A stretch of 64,000 bases of DNA from Eledone cirrhosa (GCA_964016885.1 OZ024754.1:37262001-37326000); one strand, 5' to 3'; shown: positions 40,121-53,114, counted from the first letter of the stretch. The notes: generated by a model from the sequence alone, not told the origin. Numbers and translations: made by a program.

Positions 40121-40415
40121 AGCTGAAACACAAGTTGTGACAAGATGCCCAGTGTTTAGCTGAGACACAAGTTGTGACAAGATGCCCAGCGTTTAGCTGA
40201 GACACAAGTTGTGACATGATGCCCAGTGTTTAGCTGAGACACAAGTTGTGACAAGATGCCCAGTGTTTAGCTGAGACACAAGTTGTGACAAGATGCCCAG
40301 TGTTTAGCTGAGACACAAGTTGTGACAAGATGCCCAGTGTTTAGCTGAGACACAAGTTGTGACAAGATGCCCAGTGTTTAGCTGAGACACAAGTTGTGAC
40401 AAGATGCCCAGTGTT
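40121..40415. repeat. 37-bp minisatellite, ~8 copies, with longer degenerate flanking units
   Basis: agctgagacacaagttgtgacaagatgcccagtgttt, period 37. Confidence 0.95.
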
Positions 40416-40865
40416 CATTGGCTGTTAACATAGCTGAGACGGAAGTTATGACAAGATGCCAAGTGTTTATTGGATGTTAACATAGCTGAGACTCTAGAGA
40501 TGGAGACAAGATGTCTGATATTTGATATTCCAAAGCTGATACACAAAAGATTAGACAAATATTATGATATTTTAATGAAATACGTTAAACAGCAAAACAA
40601 AGTAAGAAACAGTTGTTTAAACACTCTCATATACCACTCAGACTAGAATGTAGTGTCTGTCGTTCCCTCCCCTACTTTCGTTCTTTAATTTCTTCTTTAA
40701 TTTTATGTCTTATTTTTCTTCTATTTTTCATTTATTTATTGTTTTATATAAAGTTTTCTGCAAATAAAAATTATTTGTAAAATTTTCAAAATAAAAAAAA
40801 ATATTCAAATTCTTACACGTGTCAGTAGTCGCGTGGGTGGGAAGGTTTCTGTCATTATTTTAGAA

Positions 40866-40980
40866 GTTCAAATCCCGTCGAGGTTAACTTTGCCTTTCAT
40901 CCTTACGGGGGTCGATAAAATAAAGTACCAGTAATGTACTGGGTAATTGCTGGCCTTGTGCCTAAAGTAGAAACAGTTAT
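40866..40980 (+). mobile_element. 5'-truncated major SINE copy
   Basis: Consensus match. Confidence 0.85.
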
Positions 40981-41536
40981 CTAGGAATAAAACACCTGAT
41001 GATGGACTGAGAGAAAACCGATCGAACTGGAATATTTTAAGTACAAACATTAACACAATCACACACATATGCACATACACATATGCACACACACAAATAC
41101 TTTCACATGTACACACACACACAAACACTTGCACACACACTTGCTCACACACAAACACTTGCACACACACACACATGCTCACACACACATGTACATACAC
41201 AAACACTTGCACACAAACACTTGCACACACACACAAACACATGCACACACACACACACACTTATACATATACACACTCACATGCAATTTACACAAGGATA
41301 TATAGACCGTAAATTTGATGAAAGTGTACAAAACATGAATAAAAAAGGAAACAATACAGATCTGTTAAAAAAACATTTGATTCTTTTAGTGTTGAAGCCA
41401 AAGAAATGGTAGAATTAGTGCCGTCTTTTCAAGAGCAGCTGTAGGAAAAGAAATCGTTTTGAAGAGGTTTTCAATAGGCAGACAAACAAACAAAAGCTTA
41501 AATAGAGAGAAGACAAGAATTTAATACAAAACTGAA

Positions 41537-41770
41537 TAATGGTTTCTGATTTAGGTAGAAAGCCAACAATTCTTTGGGGCGGGGGGGGAGAAAGTCGATT
41601 AAATCGACCTCAGTGCGTTACTGGTACTGGTGCTTTGTTTTATCAACCTCGTAAGGATGAAAGGCAAAGCAAATCTTAGCGGGATTTGAACTCAGAACGG
41701 AAAGGGCTGTAGTTATATACCAGAAAGCATGTTGTCCGACCCTCTACAGATTCTACTGCTAATCCCTCAC
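41537..41770 (-). mobile_element. Major SINE copy
   Basis: Consensus match. Confidence 0.85.
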
Positions 41771-42720
41771 CTTTATATACAAACTGAAATAATAAGAATG
41801 TTAAGCTAACAACAGTGATTGAACATAGTCGCTCGTCTTGCTAGAAATAGCAACAAAATCTCTTTAAAATCACACCTTACTGTTTTAAAAATGGAAGACT
41901 ACACACACACACACATATATATATAAAGACAATGTATATACTATAACATATAATATAAGACTATAGTATATACATATTATACAGGTTTCATATGTATACG
42001 TAAGCAAACATTCATTGATTAGAGAATATGAACAGAAATGGATGGATTTAAATAGGTTTATTCGCTTCTCAAAGTCGATGACATGAGATGCATGCAATAT
42101 GGCAAACAGAATCATCTTCATTTGATTGGGCAATCACACATGACTTTGAAAGTTTGCCAAGAGGCGTATTGCAGAGGATATCAACCTTTTCACCTAATAT
42201 CAAAGCTGTTCATATCTTGAGCTGTGGATCTACTTTATGGAACTATAGGTAAATATAAAATTATTGTGTTTTATCCGACATTCTCGCAACTATTTCCTGG
42301 TTATGATAAACTAGAATGCTCTACGACCTTCTTTTCCCAAGCCTTCGTTGCTTAAAGTTGTAGTTCAACGTCAGAGAAAATTAGTCGTGCAGCCGTCATT
42401 AAAGAAAGTTGTTGGTAATGGTGAAGAGAGGGGGGAAAATAATGGAGGTGATTATTGGCAGAGAACAGTGAATAGGTAGATACATGATAAGGGAATGAAT
42501 GATGAGACTTGTGTGAGGTGGAAGGGTGCAGTGAGATGGGGGTGGAGGGAAAAAATGAAATGAAAGTAAGTGATTGATGAGTTAAATAAAATATATTGTG
42601 ACATTTAAATACAATGCCGAATGTATAATAGTGGAATGACATGATTAAATCTAAAGTGGTTCTGGGTTCGGTTTCGATGCAGGTATGGATAGCTATGTGG
42701 TTAAAGAGTTCGTCCTCCAA

Positions 42721-43041
42721 GTAACCAGTCGCTCTCCGACAATTTTTGCGATCGTGCCCTTGTCAGTGGAGACTTCTGGTGTCCTTGGCCCTACGGCTAC
42801 CTCCCTACTCACCACCATTGGCGCTGAACTGGCCAGCCGCAGGTGTAAGCCTCGCGAGATGGAATGGCTCTTCCAGCGCTTCTCCCTTACTATCTTCCGG
42901 GGAAACGCCTTCTCCATCTGTCCGTCGGGGCTGTGGGGCAGCCAGCACGTGGGACCCCATTTGCTCACAATACAGAAAGATGGGGAGGGCGAGAGAGATG
43001 AAGGCGATGACAGTGGGAGTTCGGCTCTTCCGTATTCGGAC
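42721..43041 (+). mobile_element. CRE-like (RLE-type) LINE C-terminus and 3' UTR
   Basis: FAIVPLSVETSGVLGPTATSLLTTIG...PREMEWLFQRFSLTIFRGNA (P..ET.G / QR.S..I.RGNA motif). Confidence 0.85.
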
Positions 43042-43126
43042 ACATTGCACCCGTCATGTGGATCATGTGATATTTTTCTAGAAATCTATTACCATATGGT
43101 TCTGTGTTCAGTCACGCTCTTGTATA

Positions 43127-43303
43127 ATTAATTGTTTCTACTTTTGGCACAAGGCCAGCAATTAGCCCAGTGCATTACTGGTACTTTATTTTATCGACCC
43201 CGTAAGGAAGAAAAGCAAAGTTAACCTCGGCGGGATTTGAACTCAGACTACAAAGGGCCGTAACTCTTTGCTGAAAAGCATGGCGACTGACTCTCTACCG
43301 ATA
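43127..43303 (-). mobile_element. Major SINE copy with TSD
   Basis: cttgtataattaat on both sides. Confidence 0.92.
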
Positions 43304-43796
43304 CTTGTATAATTAATGCTTTGTGACTGGAATTTGTCTATATACGAATTCATTAAAAATTCCTCGTCTATTCTGTCCAGTGGGTAAAGGGCCTCAACTC
43401 ATGAATTTATCAGGTTAATTGTAGATAACTAAAAATATTAAGCTGAGTTGGTGTATATAAACAGACACACGCACACACATGGACAGGAATCTTTGAACAG
43501 AAAGTCTGGAATACTCTGAATCCAGACAGTCAAGATATTACATATAGAGTAATTACTGCTATTGTTAAGATGATAGTTATGTGTAAAAGCTGATTAAAAT
43601 ATATAGCAACGCTCATTAACGATTTTATGTAAATTTGGCATCCAGTAAATTTAAATTCCAAATAAAATGAATTCATGGTCATACATACGTTTGAGTAATT
43701 GCTTCTGGTGTAGCAGTTGTAATCTGGGTTACCAAGTAATTTTAAATTGTGAACTAATGTAGCATAATTAATATCCAATTGAACAGGGGAGGGGGG

Positions 43797-43946
43797 AGAG
43801 ACCCTTACGGGCATCACCTTATACCTCGGTAAGGCGAGCTGCTAACGATGACAAGAACTTCGTCGTCAGCGGCTCAGTTCTTCCAAAAGTCTCGAACGCC
43901 ACAGGTTGGAAAAAAATAGTTTGTCGATAATGTCTGATATTTTAAA
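43797..43946 (-). mobile_element. Second, distinct CRE-like RLE fragment
   Basis: LKYQTLSTNYFFQPVAFETFGRTEPLTTKFLSSLAARLTEV*GDARKG. Confidence 0.75.
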
Positions 43947-44065
43947 ATTTTGTTCCGTAGATTATAGACTATATTTGCATCGAATGTTACCGTAACTAAT
44001 TAGATATTACTTACAGTTTCGAGACGCGTTGATTGCTAGTCTACTTAATTGTTGTTATTAGTGTT

Positions 44066-44320
44066 GTGGATTAGCAGTATCGGTGGAGGGTCGGACGCCA
44101 TGCTTTGACGCATAGAGTCACGGCCCTTGCTATTCTGAGTTCAAATCGCGCCAAGGTTAACTTTGCTTTTCATCCTTACGGGGTCGATAAAATAAAGTAC
44201 CAGTAATGCACTGGGATAATTGCTGGCCTTTAAGTTAACCTCGGCGGGATTTGAACTCAGAATGGAAAGGGCCGTAACTATGCGTCAAAGCATGGCGTCC
44301 GACCCTCTACCGATACTGCC
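44066..44320. mobile_element. Tail-to-tail inverted pair of major SINE copies
   Basis: Plus copy 44066-44230 abuts a minus 5' half at 44232-44320. Confidence 0.85.
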
Positions 44321-44751
44321 ACATTTCCTGTCCGGATGTAGTTTTTCTCTCATCCAGTCTACGCTAAAGATTCCTGTTATAGTTGTTATTGTTATAATAT
44401 TGCTACAGGTGCGCCTTGATTCAGCAGAATTACAATAAAAAACATTCTAGCTTCAACTATTTGTCCTTTATTGTTTTCAGACATAGTATATCTAGAAATA
44501 AATTAACCACCGTGACCTTCCTATTTTAAGACACTATCGTGTGATCTGAACGATGTGTAACTCCTATTTTACTCATAAAACTTCAGTTTTCTGAATGGTT
44601 ATTGTTTACGCATAGCTTAATAGAGTGAAATATGTTGGTTGAATACATTTGTCCTTGTTCACCTTATTTTAACTTTCATTGAGCCTCAAATAAACATTGA
44701 GTAGTGTTTCCATTAGACTAACCCATTTGTGTTCGATAGAATTCAGATATA

Positions 44752-44960
44752 AGGATTTCTACTATAGGCACGAGGCCAGCAATTTTGGGGGATGGGAAGT
44801 CGATTAAATCGATTCCAATGCATTACTGGTACTTCATTTTATCGACCCCCGTAAAGATGAAAGGCAAAGCTAACCACGGCTGGATTTGAACTCAGAATGT
44901 AAAGAGCCGTAACTCTATGCCGCGAAGCATGGTGCCCGACGCTCTACCGATTACTGTCAA
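44752..44960 (-). mobile_element. Major SINE copy
   Basis: Consensus match. Confidence 0.88.
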
Positions 44961-45229
44961 TCATAGTGTTTCCGTCAGACAAGTAAAACCTATCTGTGTG
45001 TGCTGGATAAACGTGAAATAAAGTGTCTTGCTCAAGGACATAACGCATCGTCCAGCTCGGGAATCGAACTCTAAATAGCCACCCTAAAGTAGCCCCTATT
45101 AAAGTAAGCTGACCGATGACCAAAAGACCTTCCAGCTATTGTCTGTTTCGATAACTGGGATTACATTATCTAATGTATCCTTCCTCTTTTTAATCTGGTT
45201 GTGTGTGATTTGTGGTAGATTGATTTGAG

Positions 45230-45717
45230 CTGTCATGGGCAACCTGCGGCTCACGAAGCTTTCTGAATGGCTCGCCTAACTCACCTAAGTGAAATTTTTC
45301 TGATTTTCTTACCCCAACTTTTCAGTCGTAATTTATCTTTCTATCATTTTTACGATCGAGAGCGGTGGATTGGCAGTAGAGAGTCGGACGCCATGCTTTC
45401 AGCAAAGAGTCACGGCCCTTTATGGTCTGAGTTCAAATCCCGCCGAGGTTAACTTTGCCTTTCATCCTTAAGGGGTCGATAAAATAAAGTACCAGTAATA
45501 CACTGGGATAATTGCTGGCCTTGTGCCAAAAGTAGAAACAATTATTACGATTGAGGAAAACAACGTACACGAATTCTGAAGAAACAAATCAAAACAACCT
45601 GAATTACCACCCTTTTTTTTAATGTGGGGCCCCGAATATAAATTAGCGCTTGCAACCCGCCTGATGATGAGCCATATCTCATGCGGCCTGCTTCTCGTAA
45701 AAGGTTGCCCATGCCTA
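45230..45717. mobile_element. hAT-type MITE containing a nested SINE (45362-45546)
   Basis: TIR catgggcaacc / ggttgcccatg; SINE TSD ttacgatcgagga / ttacgattgagga; uninterrupted relative at 50835. Confidence 0.85.
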
Positions 45718-46760
45718 ATCTAGAGACTGCCTCGTTCCACCATAAAACCAGTTGTCACTGTTAAATATATCAATATTTAGCTAAATATGATGACATTCAT
45801 GGAGTTGACAACGAAACATTTTTACTAAGTTACAAAGTTAAAAAGACTTAAAAAGACGCCTTAAGCTCTGCTGTTTCATGTTACTACATTTATTTTACAG
45901 TTTTGATTTTAATCTTTTCCTCTACAAAAAAATACTTTGCCAAAAACGTTTTAATATCGATTGCATCGAAGCCACTATTCTTCAAAATCAAATTCCAGTT
46001 TTGCAAAGATGGCTGTCAGTAAGACAGAATATTCGAGACAATCAAATATTCAGTGAAATCTGCTCTATGTTATTCTCTATCATACTATTCTATACGAAAA
46101 TCAATAAGTCTGTGCATGACGAAAAACTCCTAGAGGAATGTAGCTGACCTTTTTGAACATATATCTCAATGAAAATGAATGAATATATATATATATTTCC
46201 CTAAATTGTGAAACAATGTGTCTCAAACAATTTATTATAATTTGAACTACATTCTTTCAATATCTCACAAATTCCAAATTTTATGAAAGGTCTTATATTT
46301 GTGATATATAATTACCATTTTTTAAAACATATTCTTTTTCTACTTTAGTGGGGTTTTTTTTATATATATTTGATATCAATTTAATGCTGCTATTATTTAC
46401 AGTCATTGCATTAGAATCATTTATAAATATGGCGACGATTTTTCGAATATTGAAACTTACCATTTAAAAGAAAATCAGTTATTTCTGTGAATATACTTTA
46501 ATTCAAGTCGAAGAACGAAATATCTCCGACGACATATTAGTAAAACCAAGCAGTGAATATCAGTGGAGTTTCAAAGTTGAGAAGTATATGTCTTAGGTAT
46601 TGATGTGTGATATCAAGTCAAGAAATAGCATCAATACAATAATATCGATCACAGAACAAAATTATTTTTAATAATAGTCTCAATTGAGTTGAAATGGTCA
46701 GTATGATTGAATGTATGTATATGTTGACTCTATAGGTAATGAACACAACCACGAGGATAT

Positions 46761-47200
46761 GGTCCGAACGTGGAAGAGCCGAACTCCCACTGTCATCGCC
46801 TCCATCTCTCTCGCCCTCCCCCATCTCTCTGTATGATGAGCAAATGGGGTCCCACTTGCTGGGTCCGAACGTGGAAGAGCCGAACTCCCACTGTCATCGC
46901 CTCCATCTCTTTCGTCCTCCCCATCTCTCTGTATGATGAGCAAATGGGGTCCCACGTGCTGGTCTCCTCACAGCCCCGGCGGACAGAATGGAGAAGGCGT
47001 TTCCCCGGAGGATGGTAAGGGAGATGCGCTGGAAGAGCCATTCCATCTCGCGAGACTCGCACCTGAGTTGGCCAGCTCAGCGCCTATGGTGGTGAGTAGG
47101 GAGGTAGCCCTAGGGCCAAGGACACCAGACGTCTCCACTGCCAAGGGCACGACCGCAAAGAAAATGATCTTATTGGAAGTTATTCTGGCTGCTAACGTTT
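46761..47200 (-). mobile_element. CRE-like LINE 3' end with duplicated ~101-bp 3' unit
   Basis: PLAVETSGVLGPRATSLLTTIGAEL...WLFQRISLTILRGNA; tandem UTR at 46761 and 46862. Confidence 0.85.
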
Positions 47201-48619
47201 AAAACAAGATCTTTTAGAAGAATGTAAGGCTTTATGTCAGGTCACTCTTGAATGCTACTGGCAGCATGTAACCCAGTACAACCTGTCGGATGGTCGGGTC
47301 ATCGGCGACTAAACCGGCAACCCCACCAAGTTTACTTGGTGAGTAAGGTGATTTTGGACACCCTGCAGGACAAAAAACAAAACCTGACAAAGGGCGGAAG
47401 AACTCATAAGAGTCAACGGCCATCCAAAAATATGTAAACATTTATATACAATATGGGTGTGGGTGTGTGTAGGATTGAATGCACGTTTGTCTGTGTATAT
47501 ATGTGTATATAGTTGATTTTAAAAAATCCTGCCAAATCAATGGGTGGCAGTAGTTCCAGCTGCACACATCGAAAGACTGGTGTAGTGGTTCTGAGAACAA
47601 TGCGGCTTTCCAGATGATCAATGTAAATTGAGAATGGAAAGGTGTTCCCACTCTAGTTAGAAGAGAACTATTGACCTCCAGGAGAAGCAGCGACCCCTGA
47701 TTGTATTCAGCAACCGAAACAAATATGAACTACACCAAATCCAATGCTCCTAGGAGCAGCCCTGGTTCTTCTTATTTGCGAGTGTAAACTCGGCCAGATT
47801 AGATTAGATTAAGGCTTTAACAGATGCTAGCCAATAGTAATTTATAATACTATCCTCACATACATTTTCAAATACCTAATTCAGATCGCTTGTTGTGCCT
47901 CTGTCTTTCACTTTCCCAGGAACTGTATTCATAAAAAAATCGATTTGTGTATATGTGGAGTGTAAGATTACAGAATCTGCTCAGTTTATGCAGAGATTCT
48001 GAAACTGTGCATTTCAAGCAGCTATCTAAAGGAGGAGAACTCCACATCAAGTTTATTATCTCTGACATTTTACAAAGAGGTGGAACATCAACAGGAAATA
48101 TTCCATTATTGTCATCATATTCTCCATCAATCAATAATAGAAACTACAACATTAGTATTGTACTCACTCTATTTTTTCCCCCACTTCTCAAATAACTTTC
48201 GTCATTTATACTATCAGAATTTCGTTATTGTATTCTTCCCCACACTTCATATTAAAATGTCGATTTACAGCTACAAAACACAGGATGTTATGTAAAACTG
48301 TGATATTACTACGAAACGAAGACGAAAATGAGAGTTGAATGATTTAGTGGGGTTCTGCCATTTTACGGAGCACAACATGACAAACAGTTTACATATTTCT
48401 AACAATGTTGATTACATTACAACATACTAGAAGACTAAATGATACTTTAGTCGTCTCCTAGTCAGTAATTATTTATTTATTTATATATATAAGATCAAAA
48501 GATGGTTGATCTTTTATATTATGTATACTCCAGCCCTACAAACTGTAGAGTGCTTCTTATCCGATATCTGCATTGCTTTATTGTACTACAATATATATAT
48601 ATATATATTGTGTGTGTGA

Positions 48620-48822
48620 AGGCGTGTGGCTGAGTGGTTAGAGAATTGGATTCACAATCTTGAGGTTGTGGGTTCGAGTCCTGGACCGATCGATGCGTTA
48701 TGTCCTTGAGCAAGACATTTTATTTCACGTTGCTTCTTCTACCTGGAGTTGCGACCGATAGATAGTACTAGCAACTGGAAAGACCGATGGAAACATTGTT
48801 TCCTCGGTCCGATTTTACGAAA
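48620..48822 (+). mobile_element. tRNA/CORE-type SINE
   Basis: A box tggctgagtggttaga, B box ggttcgagtcc, CORE gtccttgagcaagac. Confidence 0.88.
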
Positions 48823-48909
48823 GTCGATCGCAAAAAGGAAAATATATATATATATATATATAAATTCAAAATATTAACAAAAATAGAACTTCTCGTCATC
48901 AAGTATATC

Positions 48910-48968
48910 TTATTATACATATTTCAGAGGTACTGAGCTAACTTCAACAGTACGTCCTCATCAGATAA
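48910..48968 (-). ncRNA. Type I hammerhead motif (shares its 5' flank with the 5441-5510 motif)
   Basis: UUAU-CUGAUGA-GGACGUACUG...CAGUACCUCU-GAAA-UAUGUA-UA/AUAA; shared cttattttatctgatgag. Confidence 0.7.
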
Positions 48969-49064
48969 AATAAGATGATGCATGACATACCCTGACATAG
49001 TAGATGGTAGTATTTGCTGGATATATATATATATATCCATATACACTGGATATATATATATATA

Positions 49065-49207
49065 TATATCCAGTGTATTACTGGTACATTGTTTTATCGA
49101 CCCCGTAAGGATGAAAGCCAAAGTTAACTCAGAATGGCAAGGGCCGTAACTCTATGCGTCGCGTCAAAACATGGCGTCCGACCCTCTACCGATACTGCCA
49201 AGCCACC
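49065..49207 (-). mobile_element. Internally deleted major SINE copy
   Basis: Consensus match with a gap across the B box. Confidence 0.8.
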
Positions 49208-49390
49208 ATAATTATATTTTTATATAATAATATAAATAAGATAAGGGCAATAATATATGCTACCCGATTACCAGTAAGAAAAGTAGCTCAATGTAAAATA
49301 TCAAGTATAATACAGAGCAGAAATACAACATGAATAACAATGAAATTGTGTTTAAAACATGTTTTAAACACAATTTAATTGTTATTTATG

Positions 49391-49426
<36 letters not shown>

Positions 49427-50228
49427 TAAAAGAGAAAACACAGGTAAGCATTAAGAGAAGGATTTAATCCAGGTATTTACGACCGTTTCATTGGTAAGTG
49501 CAACCTTATATTGCTATACTGCAAATAGCAGCCACTCAATTATAATTGTTGTTCACAGTCCAAATTTTCAAAATAGTGAGTTACTCTTGAAATAATTCTT
49601 AATATATAGAGAAAAACATTGGATCACAATAAGCAATTTTTTGCTTCTCTAACTATATATATATATATATATATATAATAAAATATAGAGAAAAATACTG
49701 CAGGTAGCACATGGATAACATGTAATAAAATGAGTCCCTCATCAGTGATTTGCCGAAGATCATAGATATTTCATTGCATTAAAAATCATATACCTCACTT
49801 CGGTGCAATAATAACCAAAATAAGTTATTAGGACAATTAAAACGCGTAAAGCGAGTGAGACAGGAGAACAACAGAGTAAGGCTAACCAGGGGAAAGAAAC
49901 AAGCTTCAAAATTATTCTGTTTAGCATAAGCTAGGTGAATATATGAGCGCTTTTAGAACAGACAATACACGAGCGAAGGCTATGAGCGGAGAGAGAAAAA
50001 TAGCTCTCGTGGTGTACAGGATGAAATGAAGAGAAGAGAGAGAAAAGTGAGTGAGTGAAAGTGTGAGGAAGAGTTAACTGACATGACAGAGGGGGAGAAA
50101 CAGAGAGAATGGGGGAACAGTAAGAGAGAGAGAAAAAAACACAGAATCGCAGTGGTAAATATATGTATATATATAATAAATGTATATATATAATGTATAT
50201 ATATAATAAATATATATATATATATATA

Positions 50229-50267
<39 letters not shown>

Positions 50268-50269
<2 letters not shown>

Positions 50270-50420
50270 GTATTTCCTGGCATCGAAGACGCTACTTTTT
50301 CCCTAAAATAAGTCTAAAAAATCTACCATTCGTCCTGGAGGCCGAAGGCTGTTTATTATTTTGTTTCAAATTTAGGGTGCGTCCTCGAGGACGAAGCGTC
50401 TCCCGCGCCGGGAAATACGG
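50268..50420. mobile_element. Tc1/mariner (pogo-like) MITE
   Basis: TIR ccgtatttcctggc / gccgggaaatacgg with TA on both sides. Confidence 0.85.
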
Positions 50421-50689
50421 TATATATGTTTCAGTGTGGTTTCGTTCACAGTTAATTAGATATAGGACCAGGAAAAAAAGTAGAAAGAAAAAGGTATTTC
50501 ATTGTAAAAATACATCTAGAAACATTTTTGAGGTGGTTTCGACAGTGAGTGTTCCAGTTGATTCAATCAACAGAGTAGCCTGTTCATTGAAACTAACGTG
50601 TAAGTGGCTGAGCATCCTGCAGAGAGGTGTAGTCTTAATGTAGTTCTCAGGAAGATTCAGCATGACGCAGCATGTGACAAGAATGGCTT

Positions 50690-51098
50690 TTTGAATTACA
50701 GGTACAATTCATTTTTGTTAACTGAGTGGACTGGAGCAACATTAAATAAAGTGTCTTGCTCAAGGACACAACAGGCCACCAGGAATCAAACTCGCAACCT
50801 TACGATGGTTAGCCAAACACCTTAACCTCTAAGCCAGCCATAGGCAATCTGCGGCCCGCGAAGCTTTTTGAATGGCTCGCCTAAGTTACCTAAGTGAAAT
50901 CTTTCTGGATTTTTACCCCTACTTTTCCGTCGCAATTTATCTGAAGAAACAAATCAAAATAACCTGAGGTACCACCCTTTTTTTTTTAATGTGGGCCCGA
51001 ATGTAAATTAGGGCTTGCGGCCCGCCCGATAATGAGCCATATCTCACGCGGCCCGCTTCTCGAAAAAGGTAGCTCATATCTGCTCTAACCTATGCGCC
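50690..51098 (-). mobile_element. CORE-type SINE split at its A box by a MITE
   Basis: aaagtgtcttgctcaaggacacaac CORE on minus; head resumes at 51083. Confidence 0.7.
50835..51082. mobile_element. hAT-type MITE
   Basis: CAG...CTG ends; 8-bp TSD ctctaagc / ctctaacc; homologous to the 45230 element. Confidence 0.85.
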
Positions 51099-51657
51099 CA
51101 TATACAAAATGTAACAAAAAGAAAAAAATGTTTTCATACGGTCAGGGGAAGTATTGACTGTTTATAAAGATGTAGGTTGTTTCATTTGATAGAAGTAAAT
51201 ATTTTAAGGTTTGGCATGTATTTGTGGTTGTCAAGTATACGTTACAAAACTAGGTTGCTGTATTCTATTTGTCAAAAGTTGTATAACGTGAGATCTTGAT
51301 TGGCTCTGAAGCACTCATATAAAATACAGTATGTCTTCAGAAAAGACTTCTACAAAAATATACTTTGAACATTAGAATAAAACCTTATGAAAATAACTAT
51401 TTCATCCTGTTTTGATTGACGCTGTTTTATATGAAAGGAGACAAATTAAAAGCAGTAGACTATTGTTAAACTTTGAATACTGTTACAGTTTTTAAAAGAC
51501 TGGAAAGGAAAGAGTATGGAAACAATACGTCATAGGTGTAGGTAAGGTATTTTATGAGAAAACACCTACTTATTCAATGTCATGATTTCTCTTTGGTCTC
51601 CTTTTAGGATGGGTCAAAATGAATTCAACGAGAAATAAGTGAAAATGTTTTTCTAGT

Positions 51658-51658
51658 G

Positions 51659-51690
<32 letters not shown>

Positions 51691-51849
51691 ATCTATATAT
51701 ATATATGTATATATCTATATATATATGTATATATATATATGTATATATCTATATATATGTATATAAATATATGTATATATCTATATATATGTATATAAAT
51801 ATATGTATATAAATATATGTATATAAATATATGTATATAAATATATGTA

Positions 51850-51887
<38 letters not shown>

Positions 51888-52001
51888 TATGTATATATAT
51901 ATATATATATAAATATATGTATATATATATATATATATATATAAATATATGTATATATATATATATATATATAAATATATGTATATATATATATATATAA
52001 A

Positions 52002-52049
<48 letters not shown>

Positions 52050-52171
52050 TATGTATATATATATATATAGATATATATATATATATATATATATAAATAT
52101 ATGTATATATATATATATAGATATATATATATATATATATATATAAATATATGTATATATATATATATATA
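51658..52171. repeat. (TA)n tract
   Basis: Direct reading. Confidence 0.95.
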
Positions 52172-52255
52172 CTAAAACAAATTAATGCCTTTCTCATTAC
52201 TTATAAATAAAAGTTCATCGATTTATGACACAGGAACATAGGGTTACAAAAAAGT

Positions 52256-52290
<35 letters not shown>

Positions 52291-52292
<2 letters not shown>

Positions 52293-52496
52293 CGAAGGAA
52301 ATGTGGTGAGGAACCAGCTGGACCACAACGCACCAAAGTACTCAATACTTAGGGTAGTAGAGTGGGTAATAGGAACGAGTAGGACCCCGACGGTTGAGCT
52401 CAAGCCGTTTCGACGGCTAATTCTGGACTAATTCTGATTTAATCCAGAATTAGCCGTCGAAACAGCTTGAGCTCAGCCGTCGGGGTCCTACTCGTT

Positions 52497-52498
<2 letters not shown>
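52291..52498 (-). mobile_element. Family A foldback element, copy 7 (longest hairpin)
   Basis: Arms 52370-52427 / 52443-52500. Confidence 0.85.
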
Positions 52499-52533
<35 letters not shown>

Positions 52534-52775
52534 GTTTGGAGTTAGAAGGCCAGAATAATTCAAGTATGGATATATATATCCATACCTGCATTGTTTTGGC
52601 CTTCTAACTCCAAACGTTTATACCTCACTACGCAATGCTTCAATTAAACTACAATTTCCTTTATATATATATATATCTAAAGGTTTACATATATATATAT
52701 ACATATACATATACGTGTTTTGCAACGGGTCACTTTGTGGCTCAATGAAAAGTTAATAAATTAAATAATCAGAGC

Positions 52776-53075
52776 TATATATCATAAAACATGTCTATAG
52801 AATCACCAGATAAAATATATACCATTTTATTTTACACCTAATTCTGTTTAATTAACTGTATATCTGGACGATTACGCTGTCGAAATATTCGATAAATATT
52901 CCGTCGCGGCCGACGCGCAGGGCTAGTTTCGGTTATTTGTTGGAGATTTCTTCATAGAAGCCTTATTCTTATAGCCTGGTCTATTCGATCTTTTATATAG
53001 TTAATTATGCTAATTGGGAGAGGAAATGGTATATATTTTATCTGGTGATTCTATAGACATGTTTTATGATATATA
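52776..53075. mobile_element. TA-flanked element with ~50-bp terminal inverted repeats
   Basis: atcataaaacatgtctatagaatcaccagataaaatatataccatt and its reverse complement at 53025-53070. Confidence 0.75.
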
Positions 53076-53114
53076 TATATATATATAAAATTATATTTGT
53101 TATTATTATTATTT

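Noticed and set aside
40990-41050. ctgatgatggactgagagaaaaccgatcg as a functional hammerhead
   Set aside because: Stem II and stem I do not pair; at most a decayed remnant.
47520-48200. Unique sequence with short ORFs, faintly transposase-like
   Set aside because: No diagnostic motif or clean splice pair could be established by eye.
48620-48695. tRNA gene
   Set aside because: A and B boxes run directly into a CORE SINE body with no acceptor stem or terminator; it is a SINE head.
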